Below are positions 1 to 7,059 of a stretch of DNA of 45,320 nt, piece after piece. Both the position numbers and the translations under genes were made by a program. The notes under the pieces are model-generated. The model did not search any database. It saw nothing but the letters and a program-made list of their open reading frames with translations, and was not told the origin of the DNA. The DNA comes from Gemmatimonadota bacterium (GTDB lineage: Bacteria > Gemmatimonadota > Gemmatimonadetes > Gemmatimonadales > GWC2-71-9): positions 1-45,320 of the forward strand of contig JANMWE010000217.1 in the NCBI GenBank assembly GCA_031393795.1, read 5' to 3'. Each line of letters starts with the position of its first letter. Position 1 is the stretch's first letter.

Positions 1-46
1 GCCAGCGACAAGCATCATGGCCTCGCACGCCAACCAGGAGGTACCC

Positions 47-1294
47 ATGCGTGCCAATCGCTGGATGCTCGTCGCAGGCCTGTGCGTCGTCACGGCCTGT
101 TCGGAGCAGAGGTCCCCGGTGTCCGTGGCGGAAGAGTCAGAGGTCCGTCCACTCGGCCTCGACCGCGAGGCCCGGCGGGCCCCGATGGAACGGCTCGCTC
201 GTCGGGTCGCAGTCGCGCTGGCCGATCCGGAGTTCCGCGCCTACGTACGGCGCTCGCTCGAGGCGTCGCCCTTCGTCGAACGGAAGCTTCCCTTCTCGCG
301 CTTCGTCAGCGCCGATGGAGCGCGCGCCGGCGCGGCCCTGGCGCGGGCCGATGGGAGCACCCCCGCCGCGGTCACGGCCGATCTCACCCTGGCCGGAGGA
401 CTCGAGTTCTACTTCCCCGTGCCCGCCCACCGGACGGCGTGGCAAGGAGGGGATGACCTCCTCGTGGCCACCGAGGTCGAGGACCACGAAGCACCGGTCG
501 CGTTCGACACCAAGGGGGTGCGGCACGTGCTCGATCCGCGGACCCCGCCCCGGACGCCGGTCCTGGCCGTGGTGCCGCTGGAGACCGATTTCGACGCACC
601 CTCGGCGCTGCAGGGGGCCGTGATCGCCCCGTGCGACACCTGTATCACGGGGGGGAGCAGCGGGACCGGTACCGGGGGGACCGGATTGCCCCAACCGTCG
701 GACGCTCCCCCCTCCCTCCGGATGACCTATTTCAATGTCAATAAAGACTTTGAAGGTTGGTTGAAGGGGGCCCCCGAATATGAGATCCACGTGATGGCCC
801 CGGTGAGCCCGGCCGACACGAGCCACTACCGGACCCTGTACTGCGTCGGGGAGCACAGCCCCAAGTACTGGAACAATGACAACGATTCGTGGAGCGGTGA
901 CGTGGTCCTGATGACCCCCCCGGAGCTCTACGCGTACCACGCCGCCTTCCCGAACAACAACTACTCCGTCCTGGCGGTCGAAGACGATGACACCTCGTGC
1001 GAGATCCGGGTGGACCGCGACCGGCTCTCCAGCCTGATCAACAGCGTGAGCCAGGCGTACGCCAACTACAAGGCCGCCAAGGATTCGATCGGGCTGAACG
1101 GCAAGACGGTGAACGCGGCGCGCAGTGCCTGGGGCGTGATCGCCGCGGTCGCGAACTTCTTCAGGACGAATGACGACATGATCGGGATCGCGGTGGCCAA
1201 TTCGATCACGGGTCTCTATTCGGCGAACGCCGATTGGGCCTGGATCGGCGACAACGCCAACCGCTACGGCTGGGTGAAGCTGGAGCTGAAGTGA
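47..1294 (+). CDS. Secreted lipoprotein of unknown function
   Basis: ORF 17..1294 trimmed to ATG 47, which is preceded by AGGAGG (36-41). N-terminus MRANRWMLVAGLCVVTAC is a signal peptide plus lipobox (VTAC). A Gly/Ser/Thr linker is followed by a ~200-aa C-terminal domain with no motif I recognise. Confidence 0.6.
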   Translation: MRANRWMLVAGLCVVTACSEQRSPVSVAEESEVRPLGLDREARRAPMERLARRVAVALADPEFRAYVRRSLEASPFVERKLPFSRFVSADGARAGAALARADGSTPAAVTADLTLAGGLEFYFPVPAHRTAWQGGDDLLVATEVEDHEAPVAFDTKGVRHVLDPRTPPRTPVLAVVPLETDFDAPSALQGAVIAPCDTCITGGSSGTGTGGTGLPQPSDAPPSLRMTYFNVNKDFEGWLKGAPEYEIHVMAPVSPADTSHYRTLYCVGEHSPKYWNNDNDSWSGDVVLMTPPELYAYHAAFPNNNYSVLAVEDDDTSCEIRVDRDRLSSLINSVSQAYANYKAAKDSIGLNGKTVNAARSAWGVIAAVANFFRTNDDMIGIAVANSITGLYSANADWAWIGDNANRYGWVKLELK

Positions 1295-1355
1295 CCTTGA
1301 AGGACCGGACGGCATCGACACCGGCCGCCCGACACCCTGGATCGGAGGGATCTCC

Positions 1356-1955
1356 ATGCGACGGATAGCCACGACGTTGATCTGCCTGACCAGCCTGGGA
1401 GGAACTCTCGCCGCCCAGGAGCGGTGGACCCTGACCATCGAACGGGGATTCACTTCCTACTCGATGGCGGCCCACGATACCAGCACACCACAGGTCCGAG
1501 TGCTCCCTTGGCACCCGGCGGTCTACACCGTCAGGCTGGCGAGAGAAGGCGGCCGGATCGGGGTCGCCGTCAGCCTCGGTGCGGCCGGCGGGGAGCTCGC
1601 CGGCACCTCCGAGGATGTGGTGGTCCTACCTGGCGCGGGACTGGGCCTTCTCGAGGTCGCCCCTGAAATGAGACTCCGCCTCACCACGCTGGCGACCGGG
1701 GCGGAGCTGGTGGCCCACGCAGGCCCCGTGCTCGACCTCTGGCTCCCGGAAGGGGACGACGCGAGGGCGGCGTACGGCGGGATCGCGGGAGCCACCCTCC
1801 TCGCTCCGATCACGCGGCGGTGGAAGGTGTCGATCAGGACCGACGTCACCATCACCGGGAGCGAAGTCACCAAGGCGGAGACCTCGGATGCCCTCATCCG
1901 GGCCCGCACGATGCGCCGAGGCCGGCTCGCCCTCGGGATCACAAGGACACTTTGA
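1356..1955 (+). CDS. Secreted beta-rich protein, possibly a small outer-membrane barrel; function unknown
   Basis: GGAGGG lies 6 nt upstream of the ATG. N-terminal signal peptide (MRRIATTLICLTSLGGTLAAQ). Alternating hydrophobic/polar strand-like segments. No catalytic motif recognised. Confidence 0.5.
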   Translation: MRRIATTLICLTSLGGTLAAQERWTLTIERGFTSYSMAAHDTSTPQVRVLPWHPAVYTVRLAREGGRIGVAVSLGAAGGELAGTSEDVVVLPGAGLGLLEVAPEMRLRLTTLATGAELVAHAGPVLDLWLPEGDDARAAYGGIAGATLLAPITRRWKVSIRTDVTITGSEVTKAETSDALIRARTMRRGRLALGITRTL

Positions 1956-1981
1956 CACGACCAGACCACGAGCGAAGCGGT

Positions 1982-2024
1982 GAGACCCCTGACGTTGGTC
2001 GTGTGTCAGGGGTCTCGTTTCATT
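1982..2024. terminator. Hairpin terminator between convergent genes
   Basis: Perfect 12-bp stem GAGACCCCTGAC (1982-1993) / GTCAGGGGTCTC (2005-2016) with an 11-nt loop, followed by GTTTCATT. It sits between the stop of 1356..1955 and the stop of 2020..2364. Confidence 0.55.
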
Positions 2025-2364
2025 CCCGAAGGGGCGCATTCCTTCCATTCACCACCCGCTTCACGGCGAGGACAGGGGCATTGAAGTTCAGCAACAATCC
2101 TACGTTCAGCCCAGTGGCTCGGAGATAGGCGCGCAGTTGTGCGAAATGGAGCTCCTCGAACCGCCGCACCGCCTTCAGCTCCACCACGACCTGCCCGGCG
2201 ACGACGAGATCGATCCGGTAGGCGCCCGCGCTCCACCCCGCAAAGGTCAGCGGTACCTCACATTCCGCGTCGTATGATACGGCGCGAATCTCCAGCGCCA
2301 CACGGAGCATGTGGGCGTAGGTCTTCTCCAGGAACCCAGGTCCCAAGGCACGGTGCACCTCCAC
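2020..2364 (-). CDS. GxxExxY family (PD-(D/E)XK-like) protein, N-terminus possibly disrupted
   Basis: The signature LGPGFLEKTY (G-x-x-E-x-x-Y) and overall ~115-aa layout are typical of the family. The tracked ORF starts at GTG 2364. An in-frame ATG at 2412 is separated from it by TAG (2386-2388). Confidence 0.7.
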   Translation of the reverse strand: MEVHRALGPGFLEKTYAHMLRVALEIRAVSYDAECEVPLTFAGWSAGAYRIDLVVAGQVVVELKAVRRFEELHFAQLRAYLRATGLNVGLLLNFNAPVLAVKRVVNGRNAPLRE

Positions 2365-2612
2365 GGCCGCGCCCAGGATCTGTGACTAGGTCTCTTCGAA
2401 CGAATGGCCCATGACCTAGCCTACACTGTCCGCGCTCGGGGGCCGTCATCGTTTCGCGTCGAGCAGGGGCTGCGAAAACGCGAAAGCCCTTCTCCTTGCA
2501 GGGGTGCCAGCCTCCCCACACCCACAACGTGACGAGCTGGTTGTGGGCTCGATACGGGCATCCAGGACGGGAGCGCGCTTTCGCCATTTCGCGGTTTCGC
2601 GGTCCCCGCTGT

Positions 2613-2651
2613 CCAACAGAAAGGGCCCTCACCTCGACCTCGGTGGGGCCC
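2613..2651 (-). terminator. Rho-independent-like terminator downstream of the ccm operon
   Basis: The minus strand reads GGGCCCCACC-GAGGTCGA-GGTGAGGGCCC followed by TTTCTGTT. The stem is 2623-2633 / 2642-2651 with one bulge. It lies 22 nt after the stop at 2674. Confidence 0.5.
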
Positions 2652-2673
2652 CCGCTTTGCGCGAACAGGATCG

Positions 2674-3147
2674 CTACCGCGCCACCGTTCTCCCGCAGCT
2701 CTCGCAGAACATCGCCCCGGGCGCCATCGCCACGCCGCAGCCGGCGCAGGTCAACGTGCTCAGGAGCATGCCACAGTTGGAACAGAAGATCGCGTCGGAT
2801 TCGGGGCGCGGGCCGCAGGTGGGGCAGGCCATCGTCCCCCCCTTCGCGACCGTCGCGACCCCAGCGGCCGGGGTCCCCCCCTGGTCTTCCCGGATCGCGG
2901 CGACGGCTTCGGCGGTGAACTTTCGCTTGAGGTCGGCGAAGTCCCCGTCCGAGAGCTTGCCGGTCGCCAGGTCGAACTCGATCTCCTTGAGCGCGATGAG
3001 CGCCTGTCCCTTGCGGGTCTCCTCGAGGTCGGGGAGGTCCCACCCCGGCGCGGCGACGGCCGGCGTCGGTCGGAAGAGCGGGAGGAGGATCAGGGAGAGC
3101 GCCGCAGCCCCGACCAGCACCGCGAGGAGGGCTTCGACGATCATCAT
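2674..3147 (-). CDS. CcmI N-terminal-like membrane protein fused to a double zinc ribbon
   Basis: ORF 2674..3528 trimmed to ATG 3147, which overlaps the ccmH-like stop (ATGATGA). One TM helix (MMIVEALLAVLVGAAALSLILLPLF). The segment ALIALKEIEFDLATGKLSDGDFADLKRKF resembles the CcmI N-terminal module. The C-terminus carries four CxxC pairs (CPTC..CSNC..CAGC..CESC). Confidence 0.6.
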   Translation of the reverse strand: MMIVEALLAVLVGAAALSLILLPLFRPTPAVAAPGWDLPDLEETRKGQALIALKEIEFDLATGKLSDGDFADLKRKFTAEAVAAIREDQGGTPAAGVATVAKGGTMACPTCGPRPESDAIFCSNCGMLLSTLTCAGCGVAMAPGAMFCESCGRTVAR

Positions 3148-3761
3148 GATTCGAGCTCGTGCAGTTCGCGGTCGACCAGCGCGATCTCGTCGGGTGTCAG
3201 CGCCCCTTCTCCCGGCCGGGAGTGGGGGCCGGGGGGTGCGGTCGCGACCGCCGCGACGGCCGCTGCCCGTTGGCGCAGGGCCAATACGGCGATGAGGATC
3301 GCGCTGAGCCCGAGCACCACAGAGGCCGGCAGGAGATAGCCGACGAGGTTGAATCCCTTCGGGATCGGCGCCATCAGCGCTTCCTCCCCGTACCGCGCCA
3401 CCATCGTGTCGAGGATCTGCTGCACGTTCATCCCCTGCTCCACCAGGGCCACGACCTCCTTGTGGCGCGCCGGCGAGTAACTGCAGGTGAAGTCGGTGGT
3501 CCGGCAGGTGAAGACGTCGAGCGTGCACGGGCAGGGACAGGCCAGCCGATGCTCAGCCTCGTTCGCGGTGGCATCGTTGTCGGTCTCCTCCACGATCGCG
3601 TCCCGGCGCTCGAGGCTGTTCGGATCATACAGCTGGTCGGCCTGGGCCGGGACCGGCTTCGGCGCCGGGGTGGCCCGCTGCTGGCCGCGAAGGAGCGTCG
3701 GCAGGGCGAGCCCTCCCAGGCCGAGCGCCAGAAATTGGCGGCGTGCGAGGGACCGAGGCAT
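3144..3761 (-). CDS. ccmH: CcmH/NrfF-like cytochrome c maturation protein (atypical Cys motif, Tat-like signal)
   Basis: ORF 3144..5201 trimmed to ATG 3761 (MPRSLARRQFLALGLGG...). The core ...VEQGMNVQQILDTMVARYGEEALMAPIPKGFNLVGYLLP followed by a TM helix matches the CcmH layout. The Cys region reads LACPCPCTLDVFTCRTTDFTC instead of LRCxxC. Confidence 0.7.
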   Translation of the reverse strand: MPRSLARRQFLALGLGGLALPTLLRGQQRATPAPKPVPAQADQLYDPNSLERRDAIVEETDNDATANEAEHRLACPCPCTLDVFTCRTTDFTCSYSPARHKEVVALVEQGMNVQQILDTMVARYGEEALMAPIPKGFNLVGYLLPASVVLGLSAILIAVLALRQRAAAVAAVATAPPGPHSRPGEGALTPDEIALVDRELHELES

Positions 3762-5803
3762 CACGACTTCCCCGCCCCGGCGAGGGTGGCCGCGTAGCCC
3801 GCCTGCGGCCCGACGTCGATGTTCGCGGCTTTCGGGCCCACGCCTGACCCCGGCCACATCGCGATGAGTCCGCCGAGGGTGAGGATGCACCCGGCGATCC
3901 AGACCCAGCCGACGAGGGGATTGATGGTGAAGCGATAGTTGGCCTGCTCCGAATTGCCGACCGCGCTCTCGAAGACGACGTACACGTCCTCCCGGAGCCC
4001 GGTCATCAACCCCACCTCGGTGGAGGGGTTGAACGTGGGCCGGTCGAACGCGTCGACGTGCTGGCGCTTCTCGCTCACGAGGTTGCCCAGCTTCACACCA
4101 TCCCGGCGCACTTCGAGATTCGCGGCCGACACGTGGCGATTGAGCGCAGTGTATTGCGACACGCCCATATGGGTGAAGGTGTATGTCCACCCGTATGGGC
4201 TCTTCACCTCGGCCGACTCGCCGACCTTGAGCGACACCTGGCGATCGACCCGGAAAGCGGCGCCGGTGAAGGCGACGAAATAGGCGAGGATCCCGACGTG
4301 GACGATGTACCCACCGTACCGCCGCCGGTTCCGGGCGATCAGGTTGGCGAGCGCCACGCCCCATCCCTCGGCATACATCCGCATCCGGGCGCGGGTCCCG
4401 CGGTAGAATTCCTGGAGCACCGTCCCGAAGACGAAGGCGGCCAGGGAAAGGCACATCACCACCGAGAAGTTCCGCATTCCCGCGGCGAAGAGCATCGCAA
4501 AGGTGAGCACGAAGACCCCGCCCGGCACGAAGAACTGACGTCGGATGTTGGCCGGACTCGCCTTGCGCCACGCGATGAGCGGCCCGATCCCGGTCAGCGC
4601 CAGGAGCAGGAGCCCGAGCGGACCGTTGACCTTGTTGAAGAACGGTGGACCGACGGTGATCTTGGTCCCTTGCACCGCCTCGGACAGGATCGGGAAGAGG
4701 GTGCCCCAGAGCACCGAGAACGCGATCCCGACCAGGAGCAGGTTGTTGAACAGGAACGCCGACTCGCGGCTGGCCATCGACTCGAGCTCGGCCTCGGGCT
4801 CGAGATCGGGCCACCGGGTGTAGAGCAGCGTGAATGCCCAGACGCCCGCGACGATCAGGAAGCCCAGGAACCACCACCCGACCGGCGATTGGGTGAAGCT
4901 GTGCACGCTGGCAATGACGCCCGAGCGGGTCAGGAAGGTCCCGAAGATGGTCAACAGGAAGGTGATGACGACAAGCGTGAGGTTCCACCGCTTGAGCATC
5001 CCCCGCTTTTCCTGGATCATGACAGAATGCAGGAACGCCGTCATCGTGAGCCAGGGGAGGAAGCTCGCGTTCTCGACCGGATCCCAGCCCCAGTAGCCGC
5101 CCCAGCCGAGCTCGACGTAGGCCCACCACATCCCGAGGGTGATCCCCATCGAGAGGAAGAGCCACGAGACCAGTGTCCACTTCCGGATGGCGTGGATCCA
5201 CCCGGTGTCGAGCTTGCGCGAGAGCAAGGCCGCCATCGCGAAGGCGAACGGGATGGTCGCGCTGATGTATCCGAGATAGAGCATCGGCGGGTGGATGATC
5301 ATCGCCGGGTGCTGCAGCTGTGGATTGAGCCCGTTGCCGTCGTCGGGCGTGAAGGCGAGCCGCTCGAACGGGTTGGCCGAGACGATCATCACCAGCACGA
5401 AGAAGAGCAGCGTGGCGTTGGTGACGCCCGCCACCCAGGGCAGGAGGTCAGCGTGCCGGCGCGCGGTGAGCCACTGGGCCAGGGACGCGAAGATGGAGAG
5501 CACCAGGGCCCACAGCAGCAGCGACCCCTTCTGCCCCGCCCAGAAGGCCGAGATCAGGAAGTAGGGGGGAAGATTGCGGCTGGAATACGCGGAGACGTAC
5601 TGGACGTTGAAGTCGTGCGCGGCGAAGACCTGCCAGAGACAGAAGGCGGCCGTGACCATCAACCCGAGCCCGGCGTACACGCTCCCCGTGAGAGATCGCC
5701 GGAGGTCGGGTCGGGTCTGCCATTGTCCCGAGAAGGCGACGATCGCCCCCCAGAGGGCGATCAGCGCGGTGGCCCAGAGTGCGAAGGTGCCGAGCAGCGT
5801 CAT
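3761..5803 (-). CDS. ccmF: Cytochrome c-type biogenesis protein CcmF (haem lyase)
   Basis: WWD signature WGGYWGWDPVENASFLPW. Polytopic membrane protein of 680 aa. The start was moved to ATG 5803 (MTLLGTFALW...), which directly abuts the ccmE stop at 5805. Confidence 0.9.
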   Translation of the reverse strand: MTLLGTFALWATALIALWGAIVAFSGQWQTRPDLRRSLTGSVYAGLGLMVTAAFCLWQVFAAHDFNVQYVSAYSSRNLPPYFLISAFWAGQKGSLLLWALVLSIFASLAQWLTARRHADLLPWVAGVTNATLLFFVLVMIVSANPFERLAFTPDDGNGLNPQLQHPAMIIHPPMLYLGYISATIPFAFAMAALLSRKLDTGWIHAIRKWTLVSWLFLSMGITLGMWWAYVELGWGGYWGWDPVENASFLPWLTMTAFLHSVMIQEKRGMLKRWNLTLVVITFLLTIFGTFLTRSGVIASVHSFTQSPVGWWFLGFLIVAGVWAFTLLYTRWPDLEPEAELESMASRESAFLFNNLLLVGIAFSVLWGTLFPILSEAVQGTKITVGPPFFNKVNGPLGLLLLALTGIGPLIAWRKASPANIRRQFFVPGGVFVLTFAMLFAAGMRNFSVVMCLSLAAFVFGTVLQEFYRGTRARMRMYAEGWGVALANLIARNRRRYGGYIVHVGILAYFVAFTGAAFRVDRQVSLKVGESAEVKSPYGWTYTFTHMGVSQYTALNRHVSAANLEVRRDGVKLGNLVSEKRQHVDAFDRPTFNPSTEVGLMTGLREDVYVVFESAVGNSEQANYRFTINPLVGWVWIAGCILTLGGLIAMWPGSGVGPKAANIDVGPQAGYAATLAGAGKS

Positions 5804-5804
5804 T

Positions 5805-6224
5805 TCAGGTGGCCCGGGGCTTCGGTACCGCTTCGTAGCGCGATCCGCACTTGGCCAGTACGTCGGTGGCGTGGAGCACGCCATCGTGCTGCAACCGTCC
5901 CTCGACCACGACCTCGATGTCATTCGCGTCGGTGAAGGTGTCGGGCACGGTGCCGCGGTAGGTCACGGGATATTCGGTCGTGCCGTCACTGATGCGGAAG
6001 TCGATCTGGCGCCGGTCGGCGCTCCGCACGATGGTGCCGGGCACGACCTTCGCTCCGACCTTGATCCCGACATCAAAGAAGGTCGGGTCCGAGGTGGTCT
6101 TGGCGTGGAGCTCGGTGGGGGTGAGGAAATAGACCCCGGTCTGCTTGACGCCTTCGATCATCAGGAACGAGACCGCGGCCACGATCACCACGGCCCCGAG
6201 GAGGAACTTGTGTCCGGCCTTCAT
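5805..6224 (-). CDS. ccmE: Haem chaperone CcmE, CXXXY variant
   Basis: ORF 5805..6281 trimmed to ATG 6224 with GGAGG ~10 nt upstream. N-terminal TM anchor (FLLGAVVIVAAVSFLMI). CcmE body VYFLTPTEL...GTIVR...FRISDG...VTYRG. The C-terminal tail is LAKCGSRYEA. Confidence 0.85.
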   Translation of the reverse strand: MKAGHKFLLGAVVIVAAVSFLMIEGVKQTGVYFLTPTELHAKTTSDPTFFDVGIKVGAKVVPGTIVRSADRRQIDFRISDGTTEYPVTYRGTVPDTFTDANDIEVVVEGRLQHDGVLHATDVLAKCGSRYEAVPKPRAT

Positions 6225-6287
6225 ACCGATCGACCTCCGCTGCGAGTGCCGTAAGCTGGCCGGTGGTGCGGCCCGACACAAGGCCGT

Positions 6288-6950
6288 TCAGCGCGGGGGA
6301 AGGTCGAGCTGGCGCTTGAAGGCGTCGATGCTGGTCTTGTGCTTCTCGTACTCCGGGCGCCCGCGCGCCATCTCCCCCGCATAGTTCCGGAGGAAGGTCG
6401 CGCCGGCCTTCCTGGCCCCGGCCGAATCCCCGGTGAACCGGGCCACCGTCGCGCGGATCATGTATCCGAAGAGATGCCCCGGGGCGCCCCGGACCATCGT
6501 GTCGGCCAGCGCACGGGCCCCCTCGATATCTCCCACGTGCAGCTTGATGACCGCCACGTCATATCGGGCGTCGATGTCGACCGAGTCGAGCATCCCGTAG
6601 GCCGAGATCGCCATCGGCGCGAAACGCTGTGCGGTCGCGGCATCCCCCGAGGACGAGGCCCGCATCACCCGGTCATACAGGCGGTCGAATCGCTCCCGGG
6701 GCGACATGTTCGAGATATCGGGAGGCGCTTCCGCTGTTACCCCGGCCACCGGCGCCTCGGACTCGGCCAGGGGGGCCCCGCGACCCCGCCCGACCAGCAC
6801 CCCTAATGCGAAGATCACCACCACGACCAGTCCGCCACCGATCCAGGCCCAGGGGCCTGAACCGCCTCGCACGAAAGGGTTGGCCCGTCCGCAGGATCGG
6901 CAGTATCGGCCCGAGACCGGAGAATTGCAGGCAGGACAGAGGGTCGTCAC
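6288..6950 (-). CDS. Zinc-ribbon / single-TM / helical-repeat (TPR-like) protein, first gene of the ccm operon
   Basis: GTG start at 6950. N-terminus MTTLCPACNSPVSGRYCRSCG (a CxxC..CxxC zinc ribbon). TM helix WAWIGGGLVVVVIFALGVLVG. Then a ~150-aa helical domain. Same strand as ccmE, 63 nt upstream of it. Confidence 0.6.
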   Translation of the reverse strand: MTTLCPACNSPVSGRYCRSCGRANPFVRGGSGPWAWIGGGLVVVVIFALGVLVGRGRGAPLAESEAPVAGVTAEAPPDISNMSPRERFDRLYDRVMRASSSGDAATAQRFAPMAISAYGMLDSVDIDARYDVAVIKLHVGDIEGARALADTMVRGAPGHLFGYMIRATVARFTGDSAGARKAGATFLRNYAGEMARGRPEYEKHKTSIDAFKRQLDLPPR

Positions 6951-7002
6951 GAGCGGATCACTCTCTTAAGTGGACCTTCACGGCGGATTCATCAATTTCC
7001 GC

Positions 7003-7031
7003 TTGCCGCGTTTTTTGTTCACCGTGAATAT
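7003..7031 (+). promoter_or_regulatory. Candidate sigma70-type promoter of the cytochrome operon
   Basis: TTGCCG (7003-7008), a 17-nt spacer, then GAATAT (7026-7031), all in the locally AT-rich 109-bp divergent gap. GAGGAG (7049-7054) lies 5 nt before GTG 7060. This rests on consensus resemblance only. Confidence 0.25.
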
Positions 7032-7059
7032 ACCTCCGTAGCCCTACCGAGGAGTTCCT

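Noticed and set aside
4058-5935. A 625-aa plus-strand ORF opposite ccmF.
   Set aside because: It is antisense to a gene with an unambiguous WWD motif and membrane topology. It is Arg/Glu/Pro/Gly-rich low-complexity sequence.
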